NCBI GenBank assembly: GCA_963675595.2
Contig: CAXXLZ010000002.1
Coordinates: forward strand, 3,200,001 to 3,264,000
Reading direction: 5' to 3'
DNA length: 64,000 nucleotides
From: Thermodesulfobacteriota bacterium
GTDB taxonomy: Bacteria > Desulfobacterota > Desulfarculia > JACQYL01
Made by a program: the position numbers and the translations under genes. Shown piece after piece: positions 10,524-22,769 of the stretch (positions within the stretch are counted from its first letter, which is position 1; each line of letters starts with the position of its first letter). Under the pieces are notes generated by a model, which did not search any database, had not been told where the DNA came from, and saw only the letters and a program-made list of their open reading frames with translations.

Positions 10524-10825
10524 CGTTCGAAGATGATCCTTAAGAATCGAGGGACTTTACTCCGTCGGGCGGTAAGCCGTGTTTTTCGGACGGCCCCGAG
10601 GCAGGCGATGCGAAACGGCGACGTACGGAGCGGTTGCGACCGGCAATCCGATTTAATCCTATCAGGATGCACCATGGATTTCAAATCATTCACTCGTTCT
10701 GGAGGGGCGTCTATGGTAGAATGGAATTCCGTTCCGAGCATTGCCGATGTGTTTCCGGCGGGTTTCGAAACGTTCCGCAAGAACCCCGTTGATCAGCCGG
10801 TTCGACCCGCCGGCCCGGTACCCTG

Positions 10826-11524
10826 ATGATACCGCTCAAAGACGACAATCCTACGCGCGCCGTTCCAGTGATCACATTCGGCATTATCGCCTTGAATGTT
10901 CTCGCTTTTTTGTATCAAACGACCCTGGGTTCCAGGGAGGCCCAGGTGTTTCTTTACCAGTTCGGTGCCATTCCTTACGAGCTGACCCATTTCACTTTCG
11001 TCGGTCCTTTGACCATGGAAAGTCCCGTCCCCAGATACCTTACCCCCGTGACCGCGATGTTCGTTCACGGCGGACTCATGCATTTGGGCGGGAACATGCT
11101 CTACCTCTGGATCTTCGGGAATAATGTTGAAGACATATTAGGTCCCGGAAAGTTTCTGGTGTTTTACCTGCTCAGCGGTCTGGTGGCCGCACTGGCCCAG
11201 GTTATGGTGCAGCCGGCTTCGATGGTTCCCATGGTAGGGGCGAGCGGTGCCATTGCCGGCGTGTTGGGGGCCTATTTTCTCGTGTTTCCATCGGCTCGGA
11301 TCACTACGTTGATATTTTTTGTGATCTTTATTCGCGTCGTCAAAATTCCGGCGGGCCTCGTCCTTGGTATTTGGTTGATCCTGCAGATGCTGAGCGCCGC
11401 GTCCAACAAACCGGGCGTGGCTTGGTTCGCCCATATAGGGGGATTCGTGGCGGGTATGGTGCTGCTGTTTATCCTGTCCGCAAGAAGCCCTTCCATACGA
11501 CGGAGAAGACCCGAGAGGTTCTGA
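10826..11524 (+). CDS. Rhomboid-family intramembrane serine protease
   Basis: 'MIPLKDDNP', 'HLGGNMLYLWIFG', 'GASGAI', 'AHIGGF'. Confidence 0.92.
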   Translation: MIPLKDDNPTRAVPVITFGIIALNVLAFLYQTTLGSREAQVFLYQFGAIPYELTHFTFVGPLTMESPVPRYLTPVTAMFVHGGLMHLGGNMLYLWIFGNNVEDILGPGKFLVFYLLSGLVAALAQVMVQPASMVPMVGASGAIAGVLGAYFLVFPSARITTLIFFVIFIRVVKIPAGLVLGIWLILQMLSAASNKPGVAWFAHIGGFVAGMVLLFILSARSPSIRRRRPERF

Positions 11525-11687
11525 ACACCGGTCGGCCGAAAGCCTCCCGGTTAACTCCACGCCGGACCCGATTCAGGCGTCTAAGCGTTTAGGAGTTGCA
11601 CCACGGTGGGGAGGTTGAGCTCATCCTGAAGCCGAGGATGAGGATTTCAAGCTAAGGGACGTCCTGAAGTGACCGAATTCGGGGCGT

Positions 11688-11939
11688 CTATGTAGATCGG
11701 AGGCTGATTTCCGTTGCCAACACCCGCAACAGAGCGTCGAGTTCCACTTCACGCCCGGGAGCCGGTCGAATCTCCACCTTGCCGCACTCCGGATCCAGAG
11801 TTGTCATGGAGGCCAAGCCTTCGTGACCTTCCAGGATGAACTTCAGATAGGCCATGTCCTTCCGTTGAAGATAATAGACTCGACGGTCGCTCGCCATTCC
11901 GTTGGGCGTTTTTCCGTGGTTTCCTGCGCGGGATTTCAT
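11688..11939 (-). CDS. DUF4911-like small protein
   Basis: 'DMAYLKFILEGHEGLASMTTLD' pattern. Confidence 0.65.
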   Translation of the reverse strand: MKSRAGNHGKTPNGMASDRRVYYLQRKDMAYLKFILEGHEGLASMTTLDPECGKVEIRPAPGREVELDALLRVLATEISLRST

Positions 11940-12076
11940 CTAAATACCTTGATTCCATGAATGGAAGAACTTAATTTACGGTTTCATACATCGAGTGTTC
12001 GTGGTACGAAGCTCGTTTGAGAGAGAGTCAAAGCACGATCATGTTGCAGATCGAGTCCCAAAGATGGATCGAGTCC

Positions 12077-13018
12077 ATGGCGGAACCGCAAGATACAGGC
12101 CGGAACCGGATCCTCATTGTTGATGACGAGGAGGAAATCCGGACGTTGCTGAAGGCCCTCGTGGAGCGGTTCGGCTATGAAGCGCACACGGCGGCCAACG
12201 GTGAGGAGGCCTTTGCCCTCGTGGGGCGTGCGTTTTTCGACCTGATCATTACCGATATCCAGATGCCGGGGATCAGCGGCTTGGAGCTTATCAACAAGAT
12301 CAGCCGAAATTACCCGGAAACCGACCTCATCGCAGTAACCGGATACAATATCGACTACCGCTATACCGACGTGATCAATGTCGGAGCCAGCGACTTCATT
12401 ACCAAGCCCATCGACGCCAATGAGCTTCAGGCCAAAATCGTGCGCGTCTTTCGCGAACGTACGCTTCGGGAGCAACTCCGACGCCTGACGACCCGGGACG
12501 GCCTCACGGACCTTTACAACCGGAGGTTTTTCGACGGACGAGGTCCGGAGGAAGTGGCTAGAGCCTTGCGCCAAAGGGATCCTCTATTCCTCATGCTCAT
12601 GGACATCGATCGCTTCAAGCGTTACAATGATACATTGGGACACCAAGCCGGCGACGGACTGCTCCGAAAACTGGCGGAGGTGATCAATTCCTCCATCCGA
12701 AGCGGGGTGGACATCGGGTTTCGCTATGGAGGCGACGAATTCGGAGTCCTCGTGCCTCAGGTCAGCACGGAGCAAGCCCTGAAAATCGCCGAGCGCATTC
12801 GCGTAAAGTACGGCAAGATCGCCAACTCGCACACTTCGCTTAGTATCGGCCTCGCGGAACTCGAAGACTTGGGGCGGGGGACCCAGAAAAGCTTTTACGC
12901 CCTGGTCAAGAGTGCGGACGATGCGCTGTACTCCTGCAAAAAACAGGGTGGAAATTGTGTAACCCTGTACTCCGCCGAAACGGACGCCAAGAGTTCCGAC
13001 CCCGACACTCTTTCATGA
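12077..13018 (+). CDS. Response-regulator diguanylate cyclase (REC-GGDEF)
   Basis: REC 'ILIVDD...TDIQMP...FITKP'; intact 'RYGGDEF'. Start uncertain (12017-12077). Confidence 0.9.
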   Translation: MAEPQDTGRNRILIVDDEEEIRTLLKALVERFGYEAHTAANGEEAFALVGRAFFDLIITDIQMPGISGLELINKISRNYPETDLIAVTGYNIDYRYTDVINVGASDFITKPIDANELQAKIVRVFRERTLREQLRRLTTRDGLTDLYNRRFFDGRGPEEVARALRQRDPLFLMLMDIDRFKRYNDTLGHQAGDGLLRKLAEVINSSIRSGVDIGFRYGGDEFGVLVPQVSTEQALKIAERIRVKYGKIANSHTSLSIGLAELEDLGRGTQKSFYALVKSADDALYSCKKQGGNCVTLYSAETDAKSSDPDTLS

Positions 13019-13055
13019 TGCCTTAAGCGAACCCTAAGTCACAAGGAGAAAGTCC

Positions 13056-14483
13056 ATGTGGAATCCGTCCCGTCTTGTTTTCAGGGCGGCCGTCGCCTTG
13101 CTTGTTTGCGCCGTCGGTTTTCCGGCCTGGGCCTCGGCTCCTGTTCGGTGCTCCGAGGACACGCAGCAGCGCGTCGCCCTTACCATTTACAATGAAGACC
13201 TTGGGCTGGTGAAGGACGTGCGCAGGGTGGAGTTGAAAAAGGGTCCGTTTCTCATGGAGTTCATGGACGTGGCGGAGAAGATCGACCCTACGTCGGTGTT
13301 CCTGAAATCTCTGACTCATCCCGGCAAGTTGACCATTTTCGAACAGAACTACGAATTCGATCTCATCACTCCCCGACGACTTATGGAAAAGGCCCAGGGG
13401 GAAAAGGTCACTCTGTTGGAAAGAATCGACAACGGCACGAAAGAAAGGCGAACGGAGGCGATCCTTCTCTCCACGAACTCGGGGAACGTCTACCGCATCG
13501 GAGAAGAGATTCATCTGGGTCACCCGGGCGAAGTGGTGCTCCCCGCCATGCCGGAAGGCTTGTACGCCAAACCCACGCTGCTGTGGCTTCTCCATAATGA
13601 AGGCGATACTTCGCAGACTGTGGAAGTGTCTTATTTGACTCGCGGAATCTCGTGGCGTTCGGACTATGTGGCCGTGGTGGACAAAGAAGACCGTGTGATG
13701 GACATGACCTGTTGGGTCACCATCCGCAACGAGTCCGGCACATCGTATAACGACGCCGATATCAAACTGATCGCCGGAGATGTGAAGCAGGTACCGGAAG
13801 CGCAACCGCGTCAGGCTATGCTGAAAATGGTCCAGGATGTCGCCGCCGGTCCTTCCTTCGACGAGAGAAGCTTTTTTGAATATCATCTCTATTCCCTGAA
13901 TCGAACCACCACCATCAAGAACAATCAGATCAAACAAATGGCTTTGCTCACCGCCACCGGCACACCGGTTAAGAAGGAATACATTTTCAAGACGCCGGGT
14001 GGCTTTCGCGGGCGGCAAATCGACGACGTTTACAAGGACCGGGCAGGGGTCGAGTTGGTCTTCAAAAACGACGCTTCGTCCAATCTGGGCATGCCCCTTC
14101 CCAAAGGCAAGGTTCGCATCTACAAAGCGGATGTGGACGGCACGGTGCAGTTCATCGGTGAGGACAGCCTGGATCACACTCCCAAGGACGAAGAAATTCG
14201 GCTTCAGGTGGGCAAGGCTTTCGACGTTGTGGTGGAGCGCAAACAGACCAATTATAACCGGCTGAGCCCCACGGTGCTGGAAGAATCCTATGAAATCCAG
14301 ATCCGAAACCACAAGCAGGATGCGGTAAAAGTCACCGTGGAAGAGCCTATGCAGGGGGACTGGCAGATTACCCGAAGCAATCGTGAATGGAACAAGAAAG
14401 ATGCCTTCACCGCGGTTTTCGACGTGGAGGCGCAGCCCGGTCAGGTCGAAGCCATAAAATACACCAGCGTGATCAAGAGGTAG
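13056..14483 (+). CDS. Secreted DUF4139-domain protein
   Basis: Signal peptide; 'ALTIYNEDLGLVKDVR', 'EQNYEFDL', 'SYLTRGISWRSDY', 'LGMPLPKGKVR'. Confidence 0.8.
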   Translation: MWNPSRLVFRAAVALLVCAVGFPAWASAPVRCSEDTQQRVALTIYNEDLGLVKDVRRVELKKGPFLMEFMDVAEKIDPTSVFLKSLTHPGKLTIFEQNYEFDLITPRRLMEKAQGEKVTLLERIDNGTKERRTEAILLSTNSGNVYRIGEEIHLGHPGEVVLPAMPEGLYAKPTLLWLLHNEGDTSQTVEVSYLTRGISWRSDYVAVVDKEDRVMDMTCWVTIRNESGTSYNDADIKLIAGDVKQVPEAQPRQAMLKMVQDVAAGPSFDERSFFEYHLYSLNRTTTIKNNQIKQMALLTATGTPVKKEYIFKTPGGFRGRQIDDVYKDRAGVELVFKNDASSNLGMPLPKGKVRIYKADVDGTVQFIGEDSLDHTPKDEEIRLQVGKAFDVVVERKQTNYNRLSPTVLEESYEIQIRNHKQDAVKVTVEEPMQGDWQITRSNREWNKKDAFTAVFDVEAQPGQVEAIKYTSVIKR

Positions 14484-14579
14484 GCGATTTTCGGGAATAC
14501 GTCCGGGGTACTACCGTGGGGGAGATTTCAGAAAAAAATTTCCCCCTTTTCTTTGTCTCCGGGGGAAAGCGAGGGCGGG

Positions 14580-14927
14580 CTACTTCTTTTGATCCAGAAT
14601 CTTCTTGATTTCCAGCAATTCTTCTCGAACCTCTTGAAGAAGTCTTTCACTCACGTCTTCCATGAAAGGCATGGTAAGCTGGCCGGATCGTTCTTCCTTG
14701 ATTTTCTGTTTGGCGCCGGAAATGGTAAACTTCTCATCGTAGAGAAGCTGCTTAATCCGTAGGATCAGCTCTACGTCTTTTTTTCGGTAAAGACGCTGCT
14801 TATTGGACCTAGGGGGCCGAATTTCGTCGAATTCGGTTTCCCAGTAGCGGAGGATGTAGGGTTCCACTCCCGCAATTCTGCTCACTTCGCCGATTCGAAA
14901 GTAGCGCTTGTCCGGGATGGGCTCCAT
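14580..14927 (-). CDS. MerR-family transcriptional regulator
   Basis: 'YFRIGEVS...YILRYWETEF'; conserved position after pheT-ihfA. Confidence 0.9.
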   Translation of the reverse strand: MEPIPDKRYFRIGEVSRIAGVEPYILRYWETEFDEIRPPRSNKQRLYRKKDVELILRIKQLLYDEKFTISGAKQKIKEERSGQLTMPFMEDVSERLLQEVREELLEIKKILDQKK

Positions 14928-14943
14928 GAGGCACGATCCGAGG

Positions 14944-15222
14944 CTAGGTCCCGTTGATTTTGTCTTTCAGGACTTTGCTCGATCTGAAGGTGAGGGCCTT
15001 ATGGGCCGGAATGGTCATCGCTTCGCCCGTATGAGGGTTTCTCCCCAAACGGGCCTTCTTCTCTTTTACCACAAATTGTCCGAACCCGGAAATTTTCACG
15101 GGTTCGCCTTGGGCGACGGCTTCCTTGGTCAGGTCGACTATGGAATCCACGACCTGCGCAATGTGAGAGGCGGGCAGGCCCATTCTTCGATGAAGCTCCA
15201 GAATCAGGTCTTTCTTGGTCAT
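14944..15222 (-). CDS. ihfA: Integration host factor subunit alpha
   Basis: 'KISGFGQF...GRNPHTGE'; directly downstream of pheT. Confidence 0.8.
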   Translation of the reverse strand: MTKKDLILELHRRMGLPASHIAQVVDSIVDLTKEAVAQGEPVKISGFGQFVVKEKKARLGRNPHTGEAMTIPAHKALTFRSSKVLKDKINGT

Positions 15223-15224
15223 GA

Positions 15225-17636
15225 TCAGACTCTCAAGCTGCCGCCGGTGGATTGGATCACCTTCTGAATCAGTTTTTCGTGAATCCGATTGACGAACTCA
15301 TCGCTCAGGGTCTTGTCCGGGGCGCGATAAATGATCCTGTAGGCCAAGCTCACTTCGTTCTCCCCGATCCTTTCACCCTCGTAAACGTCGAAAAGTTGGA
15401 CCTCTTCGGTATAGTCGCCGTGGACGTGATCCTTGATGGAGCGCTGGACGGTCGCCGCCGAAGTCCCCTTTGGCAATACGAGAGCCAAATCCCGCACCAC
15501 TGCGGGGAATCTGGGCAGCGGGCGCACACGCGGCCGTTCTTCCGCAGCGGAAGTCAAGAGATCGAAGTTCAGGTCGAAGGCGTATACCGGCGACTGGATG
15601 TCGAATTGAACGAGGACGTTGCGGGCGATCCTGCCCAGGACTCCTGCTTGAGAGTCCCCGACCATGAGGCGGGCGGACTCGCGAGGAGAAAAAGCCGGGT
15701 CATGGCCGCCGAATTCGAAAGATGCGTCAACAATGTGCAGGGCTTCGAGAAGCACTTCCACCACGCCTTTGATGTCCGGGAAATCCACTTGATCCGTAGA
15801 TCGGCACCACAGCTCGGGTTCTCTGAGTCCGGTGAGAACGCCGCAAACCACATGGGTTTCACGTGCGGGCCTGTCGCCCGAGTCGGGCAGATAAGACCGA
15901 CCCAGCTCGAACAATCTCAGGTTCGTGTTCCTGAAAGCAAGGTTTCCGGCCACATTCGTTAAAAGCCCGGGTAGGAGCGTCGTCCGCATGACGGATTGAT
16001 CTTCGCTCAAGGGATTGAGAATGGGGATGCCGTTACGCTTGGGGTCCTCATCCGGGTACCCGCATTTCCCTGCCCACTCAGGGGAGATGAAACTGTAATT
16101 CAGGGCTTCGGTGAAACCCGCCGATCTCAGAACCTCCAAGGCCCGAGCTCGGAGTCTTCGGCTCTTGTCCGGTGGAGCGGCCGGGTTTCCGGCTGCTGGA
16201 AAAGTGGCCTGGATCCGGTCGTATCCGTAAAGTCTGGCCGCTTCCTCACAGAGGTCCACTTCTCGTTCCAGGTCGGGCCGGAAGCCGGGGCACGTGACTC
16301 GGAATCGGTCCGCACCGTCGTCTTCCACCTGAAGTCCGATGGCGGACAAATTTTCACGGACTTCATCGGCGGACAGGTTCGTTCCCAAGAACCGGTTCAT
16401 CCTATGCAACCGTAAAGGTAGGACCTTTCTTTGAACGGGATTGGGATAGGCGTCGATGGTTCCCTGGGCGATCTCGCCCCCGGCGAGTTCCACAATGAGC
16501 TGCGCGGCACGGTCCACGGCTCGCAGAACGCCTTCGGGATCAGTGCCTCGCTCAAACCGGTAAGACGCCTCGGTGGATAGATTCAATCGTTTGGAAGTAC
16601 GGCGGATGGACGTGGGACTGAAATAGGCGCTTTCCAGGAGAACGTTGGTTGTCTCGACTCCGATTTCGGAGTTTTCTCCTCCCATGATGCCAGCCAAAGC
16701 CACGGGGCGCTTTCCGTCGCAGATCATGAGCGCGTCCTCGGGGAGAACTCGCTCCACTCCGTCCAGCGTGGTGAAGCGGTCGCCTTCCTTGGCCTTACGA
16801 ACCACGATCCGTCTTTCTTCAAGCAGATCGAAATCGAAGGCGTGGAGAGGCTGCCCCAATTCCATGAGAACGTAATTGGTCACGTCGACCACGTTGTTGA
16901 TGGAACGAATACCTGCTGAGAGCAGCTTTTCGCGAACATGGAACGGGGAAGGCCCCAATGTAACACCCCTGATGAGGCGGGCTGCGTATCTCGGGCAGCC
17001 CTCGGGGTCGTCGATGGTCACGGAGGTGAGAGTATCGATGGGAGGTCCCTGTTCTTCAAGTCGCGGAGCCGGAAGAGACAGCGGTTTCTTGAAGTGTGCG
17101 GCCGCCTCCCTGGCCAATCCCACGGCGCAGGCACAGTCGGGACGATTGGGAGTCAGACCCACCTCGAGAAGATAATCGTCGAGATGCAACGCTTGCTTCA
17201 GCGGCGTCCCGGGGATCGTACCGTCTCCGAGCACCATGATGCCGGTCACATCCTCGCCGATGCCCAGTTCTTTTTCAGAGCAGATCATGCCGGTGCTCAC
17301 CACTCCTCGGATCTTGGCCTTTTTCACCTTGATTCCGGTGGGCAGTTCCGCCCCTTCGAGGGCCAAGGGGACGTTTTGGCCGGCGGCTACGTTGGGCGCG
17401 CCGCACACGACATCCAAAATACCGTTCCCGGTATCCACCCGACAGATCTTCAGCTTGTCGGCATTGGGATGGGGGAGGATTTCCAGGACCCGGGCCGTGA
17501 CCACATGTTCAAAGTCGGGATGCCGGGGAGTCGCGGATTCAATTTCGATACCGGCTTGGGTCAGCGCATCGGCGATTTCCTGTGCGGATGCGTCGAGTTC
17601 GGTATACTGCCGGATCCAATTCAGGCTGATCTGCAT
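15225..17636 (-). CDS. pheT: Phenylalanyl-tRNA synthetase beta subunit
   Basis: 803 aa; 'HPNADKL', 'TPNRPDC', 'SYRFERG', C-terminal FDX-ACB. Confidence 0.97.
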   Translation of the reverse strand: MQISLNWIRQYTELDASAQEIADALTQAGIEIESATPRHPDFEHVVTARVLEILPHPNADKLKICRVDTGNGILDVVCGAPNVAAGQNVPLALEGAELPTGIKVKKAKIRGVVSTGMICSEKELGIGEDVTGIMVLGDGTIPGTPLKQALHLDDYLLEVGLTPNRPDCACAVGLAREAAAHFKKPLSLPAPRLEEQGPPIDTLTSVTIDDPEGCPRYAARLIRGVTLGPSPFHVREKLLSAGIRSINNVVDVTNYVLMELGQPLHAFDFDLLEERRIVVRKAKEGDRFTTLDGVERVLPEDALMICDGKRPVALAGIMGGENSEIGVETTNVLLESAYFSPTSIRRTSKRLNLSTEASYRFERGTDPEGVLRAVDRAAQLIVELAGGEIAQGTIDAYPNPVQRKVLPLRLHRMNRFLGTNLSADEVRENLSAIGLQVEDDGADRFRVTCPGFRPDLEREVDLCEEAARLYGYDRIQATFPAAGNPAAPPDKSRRLRARALEVLRSAGFTEALNYSFISPEWAGKCGYPDEDPKRNGIPILNPLSEDQSVMRTTLLPGLLTNVAGNLAFRNTNLRLFELGRSYLPDSGDRPARETHVVCGVLTGLREPELWCRSTDQVDFPDIKGVVEVLLEALHIVDASFEFGGHDPAFSPRESARLMVGDSQAGVLGRIARNVLVQFDIQSPVYAFDLNFDLLTSAAEERPRVRPLPRFPAVVRDLALVLPKGTSAATVQRSIKDHVHGDYTEEVQLFDVYEGERIGENEVSLAYRIIYRAPDKTLSDEFVNRIHEKLIQKVIQSTGGSLRV

Positions 17637-17767
17637 GATTCCTTCGTTCTCTTATTTGCGCCGAGTGCGGAATAGTTCCGGCGCGACGCCGATTGTATGC
17701 GCTGAACCCATCCGTGGACGCGGGGTTCCGGATGCCGATTCAGATATTGGAGCGGGCAAGGGGCCGT

Positions 17768-18784
17768 TCAGAACTGAACCAAAAAGCGGACATCGTTTTC
17801 GAAAAAGAGTCGGATGTCGTCGATTCCATACTTCAACATGGCGATTCGCTCCACACCCACACCGAAGGCGAATCCGGAGTATATTTCCTCGTCGTAGTCC
17901 ACGAATCGATACACGTTGGGATCCACCATACCGGATCCCAGGATCTCCAACCAACCGCTGTGGGAACACACCCGACATCCGACACCGCGGCAGATGACGC
18001 AACGGATGTCCACTTCGGCGCTCGGTTCGGTAAAAGGAAAAAAGCTGGGCCGGAACCTGACCGCCACGTCGGAGCCGAAGATCTCGTGAAGGAAAGCGGT
18101 CAGCACCCCTTTGAGGTCGCCGAAAGTCACGCCCTCGTCTACGAGCAAACCTTCCACTTGGTGGAACATGGGCGTATGCCGAACGTCCGAATCCCGCCGG
18201 TATACCTTCCCCGGCGCGATAATACGGACCGGTGGACGTCGGCTTTCCATGACGCGAATCTGCATGGGGGACGTGTGGGTTCGGAGGACTACGTTTTCCG
18301 AAACGTAGAGCGTATCCTGCATGTCCCTTGCGGGATGGTCTTTGGGAATGTTTAGAGCTTCAAAATTGTAGTAGTCCAGCTCGATTTCCGGGCCCTCGGC
18401 CACGGAAAACCCCATGCGCTCGAAAACTCCGCAAATTTCCCACATGGTCCGGGTGATGGGATGCGCCTGTCCGAGGTGGGGTTTTCGGCCGGGCAGGGTG
18501 ACGTCCACTTCGGGACCCGCTCCGGACTCCTCCTTGGAAAGGCGGTCTTTGGTTTCGGAAAAGGCCGACTCCAACTCGTTCTTGACATCGTTGGCGAACT
18601 TGCCCGTGGCGGGACGGTCTTCGGGCGCCACGCTCCCCAACTGCTTCATCAGGGAAGTCAGGGCGCCTTTGCGCCCGAACAGCTCTACGCGAAGGGCTTC
18701 AAGTTGATCCAAGTCACCGGCCTGACTCAGTTTGTTCAGATATTCCGTGCGGAGGTCTTCAAGTCGTTCTTTCAATGCATACAC
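17768..18784 (-). CDS. pheS: Phenylalanyl-tRNA synthetase alpha subunit
   Basis: 'HPARDMQDT', 'LRTHTSPMQ', 'FPFTEPSAE'; start approximate (GTG 18784 or TTG 18775). Confidence 0.97.
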   Translation of the reverse strand: MYALKERLEDLRTEYLNKLSQAGDLDQLEALRVELFGRKGALTSLMKQLGSVAPEDRPATGKFANDVKNELESAFSETKDRLSKEESGAGPEVDVTLPGRKPHLGQAHPITRTMWEICGVFERMGFSVAEGPEIELDYYNFEALNIPKDHPARDMQDTLYVSENVVLRTHTSPMQIRVMESRRPPVRIIAPGKVYRRDSDVRHTPMFHQVEGLLVDEGVTFGDLKGVLTAFLHEIFGSDVAVRFRPSFFPFTEPSAEVDIRCVICRGVGCRVCSHSGWLEILGSGMVDPNVYRFVDYDEEIYSGFAFGVGVERIAMLKYGIDDIRLFFENDVRFLVQF

Positions 18785-18845
18785 CCGGATGATTTTCTCG
18801 TCCTTGCTTTCCGCCGGATCAGGCGGAGAAGCAGCCGGACGGTGT

Positions 18846-19199
18846 TCAGGCTGCCGCTTTGGCCTGCTCGACAATCCTCGCAAAAGCGGCGGGATCGGTG
18901 ATGGCGAGATCACTCAAGACCTTCCGATCGAGCTGAATATCGGCTTTCTTCAAGCCCCCCATGAACTTGCTGTACGTGATTCCCAAAGGCCGGACGCCGG
19001 CGTTGATGCGGGCGATCCAAAGGCTTCGAAATTCGCGTTTTCGCACGCGGCGATCTCGATAAGCGAACTTGAGGGCGCGGTCGAGAGACTCCGTGGCGGT
19101 CCGGAACAGCTTGCTGCGGCCTCCTCGAAAACCCCTGGCCTGCTTCAGTACTTTGTTTCTTCTCCGTCGGGCTTTAAAGCCCCGTTTTACTCTGGGCAT
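18846..19199 (-). CDS. rplT: 50S ribosomal protein L20
   Basis: 'MPRVKRG...[11 protein letters not shown]'. Confidence 0.97.
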   Translation of the reverse strand: MPRVKRGFKARRRRNKVLKQARGFRGGRSKLFRTATESLDRALKFAYRDRRVRKREFRSLWIARINAGVRPLGITYSKFMGGLKKADIQLDRKVLSDLAITDPAAFARIVEQAKAAA

Positions 19200-19252
19200 G
19201 GTAATAGCTCCCCGATCCGATGTTTATTACGGTTATTCTTTCGGACGCGGCG

Positions 19253-19450
19253 TCAAGCGTAGGGAATCAGCTTTCGCACATTCCTGGCGTCCGTGGCGCA
19301 CAGCAGGCATGACTTGCGCAGGTTGCGCTTCCGCTTGCGCTCCTTCTTGGTCAGTATGTGGCTTGCATAGGCTTTGTTTCGCTTCACCTTGCCGCTTCCG
19401 GTCAGCGTGAAGCGTTTCGCCGCCCCGCGATGGGTTTTGATCTTGGGCAT
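19253..19450 (-). CDS. rpmI: 50S ribosomal protein L35
   Basis: '[14 protein letters not shown]...SHILTKK', 65 aa from ATG 19450. Confidence 0.97.
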   Translation of the reverse strand: MPKIKTHRGAAKRFTLTGSGKVKRNKAYASHILTKKERKRKRNLRKSCLLCATDARNVRKLIPYA

Positions 19451-19665
19451 ATCTTCCTCCAACGGTCCGCCGGTTCGTGGCGAAAACCGGGCAAAAACAA
19501 AGAACGCCGCATTGCGGCGGAATTGAGTATGGACGTACCTATCCCAGCGCAACCCACCTTTCTCCGAATGAATCGGAGCCGTTGGGAATGCCGGGTGCCG
19601 CAGGACGATGCGCTCACCCCAAACAACGGGCGGGCATGTGATACGGTCGAGGAACCCGGGTGGCT

Positions 19666-20178
<513 letters not shown>

Positions 20179-20293
20179 TCTCTTCACCTCCCGCAAGTTA
20201 GTTTCCGGGCCGAGATCGGACCGGCTTCGGAATCATCAATCCTGGAAACGATTCCGGTTGTTCCATTCATAACGGCGAAAAGTCGCCGGGTTT

Positions 20294-22228
20294 TCAATGC
20301 AACGGCGTCGTCTTTTCCGCCATGATCGGGGGTTCGTTTTCCTCCAAAACCATGGCGATGAAGGCGTCGACGGACATGGCGGGCATTTGTTCACCGTCCC
20401 GTCGCCGGGGTGCGACCGTGCCCGTCTCGCACTCCTTGTCTCCCACGACCAGCATGTAGGGAGTTTTCTGCAACTGAGCTTCCCGGATCTTGAATCCGAG
20501 CTTCTCATTTCGAACATCTTTCTCCACTCGAAGTCCGGCGGCGATCATCCGATGATGAGTTTGCTCGAGAAAAGGGATGCTGCGGTCGGTCACATTGAGA
20601 AGAACGGCCTGCACGGGGGCCAGCCAGACCGGGAAGGCTCCCGCGTAGTGCTCGATCAAGACTCCCAGAAACCGCTCGATGGACCCTAAAATCACGCGGT
20701 GAATCATAATGGGGCGGTGACGCTCGTTATCCGATCCCACATAGGTGAGGTCGAATCGGTCCGGCAGGGTGAAGTCGCACTGAATGGTTGCGCATTGCCA
20801 GCTTCGGTCCAGGGCATCTCGAATCTTGATATCGATTTTAGGCCCGTAAAATGCGCCGTCCCCCTCGTTCACCTGGAAGGGCAGGTTTCTTCCCTCAAGC
20901 GCATTGCGAAGAGCGGAAGTGGCCCGTTCCCAGTCCTCGTCCGAACCGATGGACTTCTCGGGACGAGTGGAAAGCTCCAGTTCGAAGGTGAAACCGAACA
21001 TGGCCATGATGTCGGCAACGAAATCCAACACCCCTTTGATTTCGGAGTCCAGCTGCTCCGGGGTGCAAAGGATGTGCGCATCGTCTTGGGTGAATTGACG
21101 CACCCGGGTCAATCCGTGCAGCACGCCGGAGCGTTCGTGGCGGTGCACCGTGCCCAGTTCGAAATACCGTACGGGCAAGTCGCGGAAACTTCGGATCTTG
21201 GACTTGTAGATGATCATGTGGGCGAGGCAGTTCATGGGCTTGATGCCGTAAGCGATCTCGTCGATTTCCGTGAAGTACATGTTTTCACGGTAATTTTCGT
21301 AGTGCCCGGACTGCTTCCAAAGGTCCTGCTTAAGAATCTGAGGTCCCGAGACCTCCTGATAGCCCCGCTTGTAGTGCTCCCTGCGTTCCATTTCCATGAG
21401 CCGTGAACGGAGGAAGGCTCCTTTGGGATGAAAGATGGGCAGTCCCGCACCCGCCTCGTCGCTGAAAGAAAAAAGGTCGAGCTCTTTGCCCAACTTGCGG
21501 TGATCCCGACGCAACGCCTCTTCCATACGATGCAGATATTGATCCAGATCCTCCTGCTTGAAAAAGGCGGTACCGTAAATTCTCTGGAGCTGTTGACGTT
21601 TCTCGTCTCCTCTCCAGTAAGAGCCGGCCACACTGGTGAGTTTCACCGCCCGGATCACGCCGGTGCCCGGCACGTGAGGCCCTCGGCAGAGGTCTGTGAA
21701 ATTCCCCTGCTCGTAAATGGACACCATTTCATGATCCAGTTCCCGGAGTAACTCGACTTTGTATGGCTCCTCCAGTTTTTCGAAGAGCTCGACAGCCTTG
21801 TCCCGGCTCATTTCCGTCCGTTTGAAGGGCAGATTCCGCTTGATGATCTTCTTCATCCGCGCTTCGATCTTCGGAAGATCCTCAGTGGTAAAAGGCCGTG
21901 TATAATCGAAATCGTAGTAGAATCCTCCTTCGATGGAGGGTCCGATGGTGACCTTCACACCGGGAAACAGCTCCCTCACCGCCTCGGCCATGACATGGGC
22001 CGCGCTGTGGCGGAGGATGTCGAGCCCTTCCTCGGATTCGGCGGACACGGGCGCCAAAACGGCGTCATGAGAAAGAGGACTGGAGAGGTCCAGTAAATCG
22101 CCGTTCTCTCGAACCGCCACGACGTCTGGGGGAACCTTTCCGAAATGCCCGCGGAGCGCTTCCTTCACGGTGACTCCGCAATCCACTTCCCTGACCGCAT
22201 CCTCGATTTGAATTTTAATCTTTTCCAA
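20294..22228 (-). CDS. thrS: Threonyl-tRNA synthetase
   Basis: '[10 protein letters not shown]', 'DLCRGPH', 'KPMNC', 'GAFYGPKID'. Confidence 0.97.
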   Translation of the reverse strand: MEKIKIQIEDAVREVDCGVTVKEALRGHFGKVPPDVVAVRENGDLLDLSSPLSHDAVLAPVSAESEEGLDILRHSAAHVMAEAVRELFPGVKVTIGPSIEGGFYYDFDYTRPFTTEDLPKIEARMKKIIKRNLPFKRTEMSRDKAVELFEKLEEPYKVELLRELDHEMVSIYEQGNFTDLCRGPHVPGTGVIRAVKLTSVAGSYWRGDEKRQQLQRIYGTAFFKQEDLDQYLHRMEEALRRDHRKLGKELDLFSFSDEAGAGLPIFHPKGAFLRSRLMEMERREHYKRGYQEVSGPQILKQDLWKQSGHYENYRENMYFTEIDEIAYGIKPMNCLAHMIIYKSKIRSFRDLPVRYFELGTVHRHERSGVLHGLTRVRQFTQDDAHILCTPEQLDSEIKGVLDFVADIMAMFGFTFELELSTRPEKSIGSDEDWERATSALRNALEGRNLPFQVNEGDGAFYGPKIDIKIRDALDRSWQCATIQCDFTLPDRFDLTYVGSDNERHRPIMIHRVILGSIERFLGVLIEHYAGAFPVWLAPVQAVLLNVTDRSIPFLEQTHHRMIAAGLRVEKDVRNEKLGFKIREAQLQKTPYMLVVGDKECETGTVAPRRRDGEQMPAMSVDAFIAMVLEENEPPIMAEKTTPLH

Positions 22229-22769
22229 ACCTACCGCCTCTCGGCTGTTTGTGACCCAGGTCGCCAGGAGGAGAAAGCCGCACTCTATGGAACAAAAAAG
22301 GCATCCTTCCTTTCGCCTGTCGCTTGTTGGGGGGAATGCCCTTCAAGACGGACGACAACCGGACGCCTTGGACCATCAAGATGTGAATCTCGAGCTTATT
22401 CGGCCGACAAGAGACCGTTGGGCGATTTCAAGCTCGACAGCGGACCTGATGGAGTATTTCGTACTCATGCTCATGGTTTCACGCCGTACGAAAGCGGGAG
22501 ATTCTGCGCCCATGATTCTTTCCCCGCGCTTATCGAGGTCCTTTCCCTTTCGATGCCTGGGTTAACGAGGTCGTTCCTTCAGCATATTTTCGGATAACAG
22601 TAACATATAAAAAAACAAAGGGATAAAGGCAAGAAAAAAAAGGGCCTCACCCCTGTCTTCGTGGATTCTTCAGGCGGATACCTCGACTCCGTAACACGGG
22701 GAGAAGCTCTCCGCCGCAGATCGCGTTATTCAACGGCCTGTTGGAGGCATGCTTCGCCGGCGCCTCGGC

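Noticed and set aside
13023-14312. Long antisense ORFs (also 28218-29564, 36937-38241, 53948-55303, 59746-61224)
   Set aside because: Each overlaps a well-supported gene on the other strand; expected in GC-rich DNA.
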